From: Lingula anatina
Taxonomy: Eukaryota; Animalia; Brachiopoda
NCBI GenBank assembly: GCA_051362555.1
Contig: CM120643.1
Location: 18,728,848-18,792,847 of the forward strand
Reading direction: 5' to 3'
DNA length: 64,000 nt
This document shows positions 43,113-58,100 of the stretch, in pieces. The position numbers and the translations under genes were made by a program. A model generated the notes under the pieces. It was not told the DNA's origin. It searched no databases and saw only the letters and a list, made by a program, of their open reading frames with translations. How positions within the stretch are numbered: position 1 is the stretch's first letter; each line of letters starts with the position of its first letter.

Positions 43113-46100
43113 TTTGAACTAGTTATTGTAAGCAGTGTTAAACTAAGAACTTATATGGCACTCTCAATACTGATTTACAGTGTTATGGAAAAAGGAGACA
43201 GGCCCTTAATCCGGTTAAGTTGAAAGTAAGACTTTAAAGTGCCTTCTCCCCAAGGTAAACATCCTTTAAAGCTGTGTGTTACCTAAAAGGTTAAAGGGAA
43301 CTTTTCAAAGGTGTATCTGTAGGAAGAAGACATGCAAGTATCTCTTTAAGGATTCAGTAGTTTTGCTTTTAAATATTCCCTTTTTCCCACGAGAAAAAAA
43401 GTAAAAAAAAAAGAGATTTTGACTTGGCATTTTCTTTAAATTCAACCTAGGGATTTAAAAATTTTTGTGATGTACAAATATCAGATTCTGTTTATTTTAA
43501 TGATTGTAGATTTAGAGCAGTATTTAAGGTTCACATATTATATATAACCGTGGGTATGTATGCATGATACCTGTATGCATGTGCATGCATGCATGCATGC
43601 ACGTGATGATAACAGATTTTCTTAATGAGTGGAAAGTTTTTCTTTGTAAAAGTACGATTTGAGTCATGATTTGTGAAAATATGAATCAAATTATTTATTC
43701 AGTAATCTCCTACTTGTTACACTGCTCAATAAAAGTGAAGTATCTCTTTTGAACTTTACAATTTCTCTGGAATAAATCAAAGGTTCACAGATGAAAAAGT
43801 TACAACATTATGCATATGCTTTGGCTTTGGCATTTTTCTTCAACTTAAGTGGATTTAAAGATGCCATCTTCTTAGCACAGACATAACATCTTTATTGTTG
43901 TTTGTAAACTAGATAGGAAGGTGTATAACCCTGCACAGCTATTCTATACTGAAGAGACCATGTGCTTGCCTTTCTAAAGATCACTCTCCAGTGCATTTAC
44001 TCTTTCAACTTCACAAATATGTAAACAGTCATTTAACATTCAGGTATTCTAAAGTCACCTGCTTACAGGGTGTTAAATGCAGGGCATCCAATCTGACCAT
44101 TCTAATGCTGTCACTTAAGCAGGCCTGTTATAACCAACAATTTCAAAGGAAGGGGGTGTCTTTTCCTGAAAAAGTGGACCTTTATGTTCCCTTATTAATT
44201 GACCCAATTTGAGAAATGGCATAGAACCTAGACAAAATTTTGTTTCAGAATGGACCTTTACAAGCAAAAAGGTGGTTCTTTTTGAAACACACACACACAC
44301 ACACATACTTTACAAGTTTTTGTATAGTACATTTTGTATAACTGTACATCAACAGAAACATTTGTAATTACAACATTTCATTATTTTAGCTATAAAACCT
44401 GATTTCTTACTAGCAGTATTGCTCTTTTGCATTGGGCACTGTTTGTTGATTTCATTTGGCCTGAAGTAGTTGATTAAATAGAGAGAACAATGAACATTTT
44501 TATTCAAATTAACTACTGCACCTGACTATAGAACTGCTTCAGAATTAGCACTATAACCCAAAATGGGTTTTGTGTCCATATACCAATGTTTTTTTTTTTT
44601 TTTTTCATAAGTTGAGATCAAAACACTCTATATTACTCTGTCCAAACTGTAAGTAACTGTAAACTATAGAGCATGTTTGTATTTGTGTGTTAGCTATTTG
44701 AACAGTGACAATAACATTACAGCATTGACTTTTGTTTTCTCTTTGGCTTACAGCCTGGGTGAAGTGAATGTCAGTTTTGCACTTTCCTTGTGAATGTAAC
44801 AGTTGGCCTATCATGTTTGTTGAATATAAAATGCTGTGCTAAGATAATCACACACGTATTTCTATCTTCTGCCTAACCTTATCAAAATCTTTTTGACTAT
44901 CACAGTATAGTTCTAGTACTGATTAAACTTATTTATGACTTTATATATTATTTTATGGTTTCATCAAATATGAAAATAAAAAGAAAAAGTTCCTTGTATC
45001 ATGTGAAAAGATGTAACTAAGAGATAATAATGTGGAAACTGTATTTGAAGGAGAAGAAAATGTTGTAAAAGAAAAAGACTGTGGAATGCTCCAAAAATGA
45101 AAAGTACATGGTTATCATTTTTTATTGTGTAACATTTTAACTGGGTTGCAGAATTACTGAAGCAGATGATTTTCATAAGAGGAACCATATTCTCGAGTAT
45201 TTTGGATATGGCCATGGATAAATTGAAAAACCTTGTCAACACAGTTCACTTGAAGAGCCGACAGAAGATGAAAGATTCACCTGCATTCCCTGCTTATCAG
45301 TGCTGTATGTAAACATCAAATTTAGAAGGCACTCCTCTTTCCCCCTTTTAATCTTTTCCCCATATTACATGTTGTTGATGGGTAAATTTCTTTTGATATC
45401 ACAGCATGCTTTTAGTCCTGAGAAAATGTAGTGTTTAAAAAAGTGGGTGACCTACCTGTATTAATATTTATACTTATAAAATCCACTGTAACAGATAATA
45501 TGCTTGATAAAAGTCAAGGTTTAACTTTCTTTATAAAGGTTTTAGGTAAGATTCCATCAGTGAATGGTTCAAAAAGTAGTTCAAACCTTTTTTCTTTCAA
45601 AACCTGTGTTCTCAAACAAATCATAATAAGCTTTCAGAAAAGATAACTTACCTGTATTAATTTTGATATCCTTAAAAAATCCATCATGTATTATTGGAAT
45701 ACTTAAAATTTCCTTGCTGAAAAGTCACCGTTAAGTTCCACACCAGAAATCCTGTTAAATCCCTGGCACAGGCTAGCACGCAACGCTGGTGATTTGTTAC
45801 CTCTAAGAGACTTTCTAAAACAATGACACAGGAAACCTCCTTGCATGCAGTGACTTGAAGTCGTTACTGTCTCCCCTAAAGATGAATTAATGTCTGCTAC
45901 TATTTAGCCCTGCTCTGATGTCTTCTCTTCACATGGTTGAGTCATCAAAAGCATCGCCCCCTCAGCAATACCTGGTTAATGTATCTCAGTTCATTGCCTG
46001 AATCACTACTGCTTTGTCAATGCATTGGCTGAGATGTCGTAGAGATAGCGGAAGAATTTGTCCTCGATTTGGTTGATCACTCTTTAGTCTCTGCTTTATC

Positions 46101-49100
46101 TAACCCCCGTACTGTTATATTAGCTAGTTCATTGCCTGAATCACTACTGCATTGTCAATAGGCTTAGATGTCCCATAGATAGATAGATAAAAGATTTGGA
46201 GTTTTTCAAGCCCTGAGATGGTTGATTGCCTTTCTGTCAATGCTGGCATAGGAAGTCCTCTCAACGGGATGTCCCTTGAGTCTGTCTCCCTGATGCGTTG
46301 ACTGAATTCTGTATAATGCTGATAGTACCAGTGCCTTCAGTTGTGGCTAATGCTTACAGCATAGAGCTGCCTAGTTAGTATACCTGGAGAATACAGGTGA
46401 TACACGTCAGATTATACCCTTGTCTCTGTGAAATGACCTCGGGGACAATTAAAGTTCAAGGATTCAAATACTCAATCTCTCAGTTGATGGCCATGCATAC
46501 GTGTATGTTACAGTGTATGCTTTCAAAAATGAATATTATACTTGAAAATACTTCATGTACAGATGTGGATGTCACAGTCTGCGAGATTTACTACAGTTGC
46601 TACACCACCACACTGGTTAAAATAACCATTAAAAGAATAAATTTCATATATGGTATGCCTATGGACCTAAATATAGTCTTTTACCTAAAGTTAGCTCCAC
46701 TGGTGAGATAAGCCACTGCCTTTAATATATGCAGCAGGTAGATGTTGTGCTGCATCGACCAAGTCCCTGTCCAAGATCAATGGGGCCTACGTGTAGCTGG
46801 TGCCTGTTTACACCTGAATTTTACCTGACAGTGTTTATTCACTCCACTGATTATGATACCCTTGCCCTCCTTTTTAGTAGCCTTATCAGAATTGATGTCC
46901 CATAGGACATTTGTTTTACTGTTTATGTTCCAGCCTTCGGGGGAAGCTTATCAAATTGATGTTCTGTCGAAAATAATTCTGTAGAATAGAATGAGCTGTA
47001 GTTTACTCCTTTTAAAAACACAGTCTTATCAAAGGTGATATCACATAGAAGAAGAATTCCCATCAATGAGCTGTTCCATATCTCTGAATTTTTTTGCCAT
47101 TCAGTCTAATTGAATTTGATTTCCAGTGATATTTTTTTCCAAATGGAACATGAGGTCCTCCCATAATTTCCACATATCAGCCTTTAATTGGAGTTGATAA
47201 TATGTCCTGCATTTAAGAGACCCCTTCTTGTGTGCACTGCCTACTTTCCACAGCCTAAGGTAAACTCTTCAGTCAGGATTATGAATGCATTCAAACATGC
47301 ACAATCGGTGCAGCATCAAAGAAAAAGGAGGTCTCGTCCAATAGTTTTGGTGTACATATCCATTCTGCAGGATTCCATGTCGCTATTGGTACAGGATATT
47401 TATATATATACGCAAAATAGTACGTGTGTGACATGGGCGTATTTCTTCACTGCAGTTTGCATGTTGTTACTCATTTAGATATATGTGTACAGTTTTTTGT
47501 GCACTTAAAGAGTAAATGTTGATGGATTCAGCACTCGATCTGAGTGCACTTTTCAACTTTCAATAGTTGTGGTCCTGTAAATGGTAAGAGGCAAACTGTC
47601 ATAAAGGTCGGAAGAATCGCACAGCAAACCTGAGAGGCTTAGATAGACTGGTTCTTATTAGCACTTCTCACATCGGTCTAGTACTCTCTAAGTCTCTCCA
47701 ATAAGTAACACATGATTTCTGTGATGGTGCTTTGGAGTTTCACCCTTTTTTTCAAATTTTCCACTGGCTTGGCCTGAAGCAAATTGAAAAGGAAGACCTA
47801 GAAATTCCAGTTGCGCACGGTAATTTCTTTTCAGCTCTCTGGTTTTATCTCTCTTCAATTAACTGGGGGTCTTTGAAGAACTATCAGTTCATTTCCAGTC
47901 GCACAGGTATTTCCTTTCAGCCTACCTGGCTTTTCCTGATTTAATCGAGGGAGATTTAGGAATTAAATTAAGGGTTTCCTTTTTTTAACTCATTTTCACT
48001 GTTTGATGTGAATATTAAAATCATGGTTACCAAGGTCTATCTCACAATGTATCCTTTTTGTACTATTCAGTACTTTGCTACATTCTTTGAAATGTATGAT
48101 AAAAATATATATCCCTGGCTTTTAATTCAGTTGTATAACTTTGTTTCTATAATAGATTATCAGTCTGTTGCTTGTTTGAGTTGAGGGTGATTTCTTCCAC
48201 AAAATAATGAATTGCCTTTGGGTGGACATTTAATTGTCAACTGGAGCATAAATGTCCTCTTCAGTTTCTCTTATACCTGAAGGTACGTTTTTCTCAACTT
48301 AAGAGTGGTAAAAGTGACTTGGTAATTTACAGATGTTTAGCTGTAAAAGTTGTAATATAATTTTCAGTTAAATAGACTTATGTATATTCATCAATTTATT
48401 GTTGGTTTTCATACGTATAACCTCCACAGTGACTCAGATTACTCCCCTCCAAAAAAAAAATAAATAAATAAATTAATTAAAAAGATTGTAATCAAAAATT
48501 GTGTTTAAGTAGAGCAACTATTCAATCATTTAATGAAAGCACTCCCAGTGTGGAGAGTCAATCTTATGAGGTCTGAAAGAAAGCAAAACGCAGCATCTCT
48601 TGCAAAAGTATTTTTAAATTTTACTGTTGAAGTGTTCACATAATTATGCCAGCCCTACAGATATTAGTAAATGTTGTTAAAAAGGAGAAAAAATCTATCT
48701 GGACACCGAAAAAAGAACATGCTTAGTTGTCCATATATTTCTAACATCCCAACTCTCACAGAAATAATAATTAAATGCAATTTATCTTCAAGAAGAGTTG
48801 TCAGCATTTCCATAAAACAGCCAATCAGCACCCTGATTTTCACAGCAATCACTGAAAGTGCTGAAAGATGGATTTTTTTTCTCCAAAAAGATTGTGTGTT
48901 TAGACAAGTAATATTTCATACCAGAAATTGGGCAGAACGTTGTTATGAAAGGAAATACATGCAAAATGCAAAATGGAGCTGTTTGGGAAGACATGCAAAT
49001 GCAAAAAAAGGTAAAGATTGTTGTGGTATCATAATAATATGGGAAATTAATTGTTGGTAAAAATTCTGTAGAATGTTAGTTTGCAAAGAGAAAGCAGTAA

Positions 49101-52100
49101 TTTTAAGAATTAGAAAAATGTTGATTCAATTTATAACGGTACCATGTCAGCTTGACTTTGGTTTTACAAGAACCAGTACAAACATATGAGGGATGGACTA
49201 ACCTAATAATAATATTATAATAAATTATAAAAAATACAGTAGTGCATATGATTTGAAATTGGGGTAAAAGCCCTAAATGCATTTAATGTAATAGTAGAGA
49301 CAGTGTATAGTGTACATTTCCAAAAATGTACTTTATCACCGCTTCTGTAGTATATCTGTATATTCATTTTTTATTCCATAAATCCATTTATAACTAATAA
49401 TAGTGCACATAGAATACCTGGCAAATGTGCCTGAGGCAGACAACAAAAAGCCTCTCTTGACAATTTTGAAATTTCCACTAGACACCTTTGGTCAACAGCA
49501 AGAAACAAAAACCTTTGGCAAAATATCAACATTTGTCAAACACCTCACTGGTGTTGGCACCTGAAGAGGAGAAAGAAGTGTACACATCCAAAAATGTTCT
49601 TCATCACCGCTTCTGTAGCATAAATTTGTCTGTAATAAGCTTATTTTTTCAGAAATCCATTATTAATTATTAATAAGTCAGTCAGGTTACCTGATAGCGT
49701 GAGTAAGGTGTAATATCTCATGCTCAAGTGACCCTGTATGAAGAGGCCTCTACATGCCATCAGAAGATGATTTAAATCTCATCCCATTTTTTGATTGGGA
49801 GGAGGAAAGTTTGAACTGGTTTCAAATTCCTTGAGGTATTGGGGCCAGAAAATGATACATTATTGAAGGAGTTCTAGCTGGAGGTGTGCTAATGGGTTTC
49901 AGGGGGCACTGCTGCGTAATTGCATTTTGAAGTCGAGCTGCTCAGGTATGTGTAGGTTTAATGTGCATAGGTAAAAGGAAAATAGTCTGTCTGTTTGTGT
50001 TGTTAATAAAGGTCTTCTTTCACTAATTTATCAGACTTGGCATTTTTAAGACAGGATCATGATTATTTATTGAATTATTGCGTGGAATGAGTATATAACT
50101 TAAATGTTACATATAATTTTTTTCCCAATAAACTATCGTGCTTGGCATTTTTAACACATGATCATGGATTATTTGTTGATCTGTTGCTTGATCATTACTT
50201 AACGGGCAACTTCATCAGTATTATCATCATTATCATCATCCTTGTGGATATGAAATAAATTATATATATATTTTACCAGCAAGTATTTTCCCTTTAGGAA
50301 TTTAAATTCTTATTTGAATCCTATGCAGTTATGCTAGATAAAAATAAATTGCATTTATCAAATATCCAGTTTTTAGTGTACTTGATGGCATTAAACACAC
50401 TGACTGACAGCTAGATATTTTATGAGGGTAAGACTAATGTGGTGCACTTAAATATTAAAGACTTCTTTGTACCGAGTTCCTATTGACATTGCCACCTGAA
50501 GTATAGTGTAACAGGAAACTTAAAGGAAGATAGATACCCTTATATATTGCCTATTGGGAGGTCTTCTTAGACATTTATAACAAGACTAAATAAGTAAAAA
50601 AAGAAGAAAATATCATAGGAAACATAAAAGACAGGTCTTGTAAATATACAAATCCATTCAATTATAGTTTTTCCATAAAGTTAATAAATCAGAGTAATTG
50701 CCCATCGATAGAAATTTGATGCATTAAGCTGCTTCATTAATGAATGGTGATAGTGTTTTGAATTAACTCGATTAGGGATTAGTAAGATAATGCTACTGAA
50801 CCCAGTTTCACAAAAGAATTTTTTTACATTGAAAATTGGTTCTATTTATCATGTAGCTAACTTTGATGCAAGATCATTATAATTATATCAGTCCATCAAA
50901 GTCCACTGAATTTAGTACAACATGCTCGTTTTACAAGAAGACTAAAATTTATAGCTAATTTTTAGACTACTATATTTTAGTCAGCTGCAGTAACTATAGA
51001 TTAATTTTGCATTGGATCAAACTAATTTTTTAAGTGTTAAAGCTAAGTCCTTGTTAAGTGTCATTTTGTAAGACCAACCCCAGTACTAGTATACTAGGTC
51101 CAAATCTTTAACCAAGGTTGACTCTGTCTTTGCTTACTTTTAAGCCTTTATTGATCTTAATTTGGACCCATACCTCTGTTAAGTGTACCTGAATGTAACA
51201 AGTTCCTCATAATCTATTTAGAATGGATCTAGCAGTAAGTAGCATTGTAATGGGATTTGGTCGCAAAAGTTGCACACTAAAGGGTACTGTGAAATAGAAT
51301 ACATTTCTGCACAACTTTTCAAGTTAAGCTGTCAGTTTGAGACACAGGAGCTGGTAGTCTATCTGTCTGAGGCTTAGTCCACTATAAACTCTGATTAAAC
51401 ATCAAATATTATTGATCATGATTTGATTGTGTCTTCAGATAATATGTGACAATAGCTGGAGGTACGCCCCTTGGCTTGGATACCATGGTCTTATGCAATA
51501 GGCGAATTCTTCAAGGGTGTCAAGTTAAGGAATTATGGAAATTATGTATAAAAAGATAGGAAACTATTTTCACAGGCACAGGCCATTAATGTTTAATTGT
51601 GCATGGCTGAATGTCACAAAAAGGGCAGAGCCAAGGTCCATTCAGACTAGAAGCCTTTTTGGAATCATGGATATTGTGTTATTAGTTGAGCATATTTCAC
51701 AGAGATATTAGAGCATCTAAGAAGTGCAGATTGAAGTCAGTCCCATTAATTTTGAGGAAAATAATAGAATAGTTAATAATAATGATAGTATAAAGAATAA
51801 CATTTTAAAAAATCAATCAGAGAAAATTATAATAAATTTTAACTTTGAGTCCAAAACTTTAATAATCTTTTGACTTAGTGCCCCTGGTTATCCTAGACAC
51901 AAGTTGGGTCAGTTTACAGTCCAAAGTTACTCTGTCTGAATTGTCTAAATGTGTCTTAGAGTTTTCTTTTCACTGAAAGCTACCATGGTTGACTGCATGA
52001 CATACTGTATACAATATTTTCTTATTTGCAGAGTGACTGCCTTCTTAATGCCATTTTGTAGAAGACATTTACTTTTCATATTATAAAATATTTGATTGTA

Positions 52101-55100
52101 TATGAGTGAAAGTCAGTGATGGGTGATGCAGGGTAAAGGAAGTTACGCATCGTGGAATTTCATGTACTTTAAACTATTGTTTGATAAACCATAAGGTGGG
52201 AGAAACTGACACTTTCAAAGCTGTAAGAAAATTAAGCATAATAATCCCCAGATCATTTCTGATTTAATCCAATTGTCTTATTTTATTAATTCAATTGAAG
52301 AAAGAATAAAATAAGTTATAAAAATACAGGGACTGAACTATTCAATAAAAAAACTGCAGGCGATACATTCATGTAGATAAAAAAGTCTGCTTTAATTCTT
52401 GGAATTAGAATTCAAAGGTTTAAAGACTGAGATAACTACTGTCCTAGATAATAAGGTGTGTGCAGATAAGAAAGGTATCATAATTATACCCTACCAGTTG
52501 ATCCTGGCACGGATAGAACAAAAATACCTGAAGCCAGGGGGTTCATTTTGAAGCCAGAGGGTAACGTTTTGAACAAGCTCATAGTAAGGGAGTTTTTAAT
52601 GTTAATTTAATTATAATTGGGCCCTTTTTAACAAAGAAAAACCAATATTTTATTTTAAAATAATCAGACCTGTACCTTGTATATTTCTATTCTAAATGCA
52701 AATTTGACATTTATTTTCTCTATTTTCAGTGAACAGTGTAATTGTTTGTATGGCAGAACTGGAAACAATGATATTACTATTCAAGATGAATATTTTTATT
52801 ATTAAACTTCTCAAATGAGCAGAGATAAAACTGTCTGTAAATCCAGTTTCTTTTGTTTTAGATTTTTATAGCTTTTCCAATTCTTTTAATTTATTATGAA
52901 ATTATTTTATTACGTAAATGTTTTGCATGGATCCCAAATTCCCTCATTTCATTGCTTTTTTTCCACAAATTTAATGTTATTAAAAGCCCAGCATATATAA
53001 GCCAGACATGTGCTGACCATTATACTAGGAATAAGTACAATTTGCCACAGTCTCCCAATGCAATTAATAACAGCAAGACAGATCACATTTTACCCCTATA
53101 AAAGTAATCCAGTACATTATGCCTCATCATGATGAATTAACCCAGTGTTCTCTTTCCCATTAAAAGCCCACAGTTTCCTTCAGAGATGGTCCGGAAATAA
53201 GATACACATTTTACAGGTGACTGGAGGACCAAAAACATCTTTAATGCAAGTCATCTGAAATGATCACCATGTATAAGCCTGTTGATTATTGTCTTGGAGA
53301 AAAGGACTACTAGTACATGTAAGGCTAAAAGGGAGGGATTGTGGACCATTGTTTAACAGAGCTTTATTTTTGACCATTTGTTGGACATGGACAGGTCATC
53401 ATGAAATAATTTATTAGAAATCAAAGAATTGATCAAATGAGATAGATATACAATTTGAACAATATGAGAAAGAAATGGCCAATATTATGAGACATACACA
53501 AGCACTATAACTGTTGGTATTTCAAAGAAAGCATTTTTTATACTGGAGGGATTAGATTGGCTTTTTATGAATTGAAACTTTAATCACAAAGTTTTCCAAT
53601 AAAGCACAGTCATATACTACAAAGTTCTGCCAACAATTGGAAATACAGGCTTACATTCACCATATAGAAGAGGGTATTGAAAACTCATTCATTCACATTC
53701 ACCCTGCTTCATGCTGAATAATCCCAAGTGATCCAAAGGAGATGTAAATCTATTCAAAACATGTCACATAGCAAACTTGGTACTGTGGCGTTACCCAGGC
53801 AACATTTGACAAAGGAGATAGCAAATAATGCCTTTCTGTCTGAAAAGGGGACTGTTTATCCTGTCTTTGATAATACATAACTAAAGCTTCCCAGTCTAAA
53901 AGAGAAAATCCCCCAAAATTAGAGTGGCCATTATTATCCAGTTTTTAGAACATAGTTTTGGGGAATTTTCCCCAAAATATCAATTGGTCCCAATTTCACT
54001 GATTTTTAAACCCAGTTTTGAGGAAATTTCCCCAAAAAGCCCCATGAATTTTTTAATTCAACACAGTAATTTTCAATTTTTGACTACTTTAAAAGTGTGA
54101 TTTTGGCTATTTAAAAGGGAATAAAATGGATTTTCCCTTTTTAAAATGGACAGTGTTAAATTTAATATTTTAATCCATTTTTACCCCAATGAAAAGATGG
54201 AAAACTGCCATGCACCTTGAAGACATTGGCACAGTTTTCTGTACAGTAACTATTATCATGGGCTTTTTAGCCAAAACCCTCTACAAACCAGGTACAAAAA
54301 GTGTTTCCTGCTATTCACATGCTATGACATGACCAAGTAACTTCAGGGAAATCACTCCCATTAATTTCTTTGTGTTTAATTCATCTGGATGGGTCATGGA
54401 TGCCAACAGACAAATACTTTGTAGCAATTATTCATGTAGAGTGGATTTGTCTACCCTAAACATTAGTCACCATATTCCGACTAGCTTTGAACCAGTCTCA
54501 GGCTTGTTTCACAAACTTAACAAACTTCACAAATGATTTAGTTTTTGGCCCAAAATTAATGGATGTTTGCCTAACAAATTAAGAATATTAGACCTGCTCT
54601 GAGAAAGTGAGAAATGGTTAATGTTGGTGATTTATATAGCTGACAGTTGATTTATTTAGTTGACAACAAATAATTATTAATATTATTATTATTAATATAT
54701 ACTATTAAGTTGAAGTAGGTGAAAATGTTTGTTCTTAAAATTAAGGCCAACTTTCAACTATTTGCCACCATAACATAACTCAATATTTCTACTGACTTTG
54801 AAGCAGCCTCCCCCCCAAAAAAAAAAAATAAATAAATAAATAGAATAAAGAATAAGTAAATTGAAAACAAAGTCAAAAGCTTAAATAGTCCTTAGGCTAT
54901 AAAAAACTTTTGTCCAACTCACCTGTACATCTCAGTAGCAAACCTCAAACTAGCAGTGCCTTGCTTGACATGAATGTTCATCATAGGTATTTTTCATGTT
55001 CACTGAAGTTGTGTTTACATTGAAGATAGACCGACTTTCTTGGTATATTATATGTCTGTGCTAGCCACCAGATTTTTCATGAAGATCACCATAAGCAGAA

Positions 55101-58100
55101 AATTTAATAATTCTTCCTGACATACTAATGTTCGCACTATGCAATGTCATATGGAACACTAGAATTGTGATGAAAATCTACATGATGTGGTGTTAACTTT
55201 TTAGCAATAGGGATGAAACTCTATGTGCTGCTGAGAGTTCAAGATTAAAGTGACCCAAAGCATAAGTGAAACAGTAATGTTGTGCAATAGACTGTAGTTA
55301 AACAATATTATGTGACCACTGGATACATTCTGTCAGCTTTTATTCATTGCCACACTGCACTGGCTAGTCTGCCATTATTTCTGACCCCACCCTCTTTCAA
55401 ATCCCACGAAATCTCGCCTGATTTTGTGCCACTTGTCAAAAGATTTTGGGCTTTATCAAATGTTTCCCATTTGGCTTGCAACTTAATTCACAGAACAGAG
55501 CAATTTAACATTTGCTGCCTATGATAATCTTAACTAAATCATGTAGTCCAAAGAGAAAGGTAGGACTTTCTTCAATGTGAACACGGCTTAGGTGGATATC
55601 CATGTATTTATTACATGAACTAGATAATGCTGCAAATTGGCCAATTTGCCAGATCATAATGGAGTTGTAAGTAGGACAACAGCTCAGGGTCTGGTATACA
55701 GTAATTTTCAATACATAAATTATAGTTCACACTACAAATACTGGGGAATCATCACATGAGCTAGTGCACAATGTTTTATATGGTAAGTTTTTACATTAAA
55801 TGACATTGACCTTGGATTTTGAAAAACAAAGTAATTTGTTGAGAATGATGCAGATATTTTCAGAAAAATTATGACAGACTCGGTGCTCCATTCTCACATA
55901 TGGGCCTCATAAATATGTAACCACTTTGATCAACTTAGTGAATGAGCAATTAAAAAAAACTTTGACATTATATATTTGATTGAGTTTATGGGTTTGCCAA
56001 ACAAATAAGCTCATCAACATTTTTCATTATCTTGATATTGACAAAATGACAACGGTGTGTATATATTATATTATAATGTATGATGACCGTACTGTGCACA
56101 CACTGACCTATCTTTATATGGAAATAAAAATCAAATTAAAAAAATCATTGGTAATCCTTACCTTCAGTGATCATTATTGATGTAACTTGAGTATTGTCCT
56201 AATCCAATGTGAGTGTGTGAGTTTCCCTGATTTGTAAATATTTCATACTTGCAGTATTGATTTGTTATAATGAACCACCTCAAATCTGCAGATTGCATTT
56301 CTGTCAGTACATGGATCTTATTCCATGCCATGTCTTTTTAGATTGATAATTTCTACTCTGAGAATATATTTCACTTTATGAACCCCTTTCCCCTTTAGTA
56401 ACGTGGGTATGAGAAAATATTGACTATGTTATTAAATTGTCTATGGTTTAGTATTTATAAGTTTGTTCAATTAATGTAAAAAGTGTCACTCTGTAGTAAT
56501 GGGACAAACCTCCTCCAGTAATCCTTTAGTGGAAAATATATGTCTTAGAAAATAATATATATATATATATATATATATTGGCATAAGAGTTTTATGATGT
56601 TTTGTGGCTAGCGACCAAAGTCACAATTTGTTCTTGTGATCACCCCCCCCCCCCTTCTTAGTAAAAAGGAGACTGATGAAAAAATATGGCAATATAAGTG
56701 TCTACTATAAAGAAGGTATTATGATTTTTGTGTTTGTGATAAAAAGATACAGTTGTACTGGATGTGCATTGATGAGCAGTGGTGATAGAGGAGGTGTGAA
56801 AGTGTAGATGTCAACTTTGATAGTGTTCTGCTTGTCCTTGTATACCACAGCATACAGATTAAATGTTACTCCCTTGATATGTGCACCTTTATACTGGTAC
56901 ATGTGTTTCACTCTTATTATAGAAATTGTCACCTGGAGGTCTCTAGAAGATGAAATTCCTATAGTCTAATAGGCTTAAATAGAGTATTGCAAGAGCTTCT
57001 ATTATCTGGAACACACACACACATACATGCACACATGCGCGCACACACACACACTTTATTCCTTTTATTACATAGAACATGTGTGATGTACATATCAGCT
57101 TTGGTTATGTGTAACATTTTACTTGTTGTATAGGGTTATGATAAACTGTTCATATTTTCTTCACAAGTTTATCCTTTGTGAAAGGCAACATTGCCAGAAA
57201 AATAAATGGAATCTAAATGACTGAAAAAGCAAATGTGTATGACATTGTTTAAAATTTCTATAAATAATATACTGTATATGTATTCTCAGTCTTTCACAAT
57301 CAAGCAGGATGTGTTTAGTAACCGATAACCCTTCATTATATATATTATACAAAGAACAGCATCATTCCATTCTATAATAAACTACATGATTTTACATACA
57401 CATGAAAGCTCTCTAGCAACTTGTATAACTTGCCTTCTTCTACAGTCAGCCAAAAGGTCTTAAACAACTCATAATTTATATATTCTTCTTCCACAGCCAG
57501 CCAGAAGGTCTCAAGCAACTAATAGCCCTGTACATAGGCAGGTGTCACCCATGCTGGAAGGACCCAGACGTGGTCAGGTGGTTAGAAAAAAATGTTAAGG
57601 AGGTGATCAAGAGAGTGGACGATGGTGATCCTCTGGCTGAAGAATACAGGAAGAAGTAAACTATTAATTTATTATTATTATTTTTTTTTTATTTTTAATT
57701 GAAGGAGTTTTGGTGTCTCAGATTTCAACTTAGCCTTAAATGTTATCCTAGAATATGATCCTCTAGTTTGATATTTTAAAATCTCTCTTGCAGAAGGCAA
57801 GGAAGATATCGCGGGACTCCCAGAAACATATTCCGCCATATTCTAATCTCAGAAATAAAGGATGCAACAGCTGCACTGCCACCTGTGAGTTAAATTTTTT
57901 TAAACATTGAAAGAGAATCATATGGAAATTCATTTTGATGTGTTAAAATATAATATGAGTATGATTTTAGTCAACCTTTGGGAATTTAAACATCGCCCAA
58001 GTAGCATAATTCTACAATTGCTGATTAATCAAAAAGATGATAATGGTGGTTGTGCTCTGTCTCAACTAACACAGTTGTCTCTGTTTTTCTCAGCATTTGG

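Noticed and set aside
47160-47960. Possible decayed tyrosine-recombinase (DIRS/Crypton) coding relic (CP..., IGAAS)
   Set aside because: Motifs are too short and in inconsistent frames; needs a translated HMM search.
48671-49060. 129-aa ORF
   Set aside because: No recognisable domain, splice context or coding bias; consistent with chance.
53400-53830. Possible ancient L1/Tx1 reverse-transcriptase remnant (DQ..., KAF...W.F)
   Set aside because: Too degenerate to support by eye.
53900-54040. ttttgggg/ccccaaaa motifs resembling ciliate telomere repeats
   Set aside because: Only a few scattered palindromic copies, more likely the interior of an old MITE.
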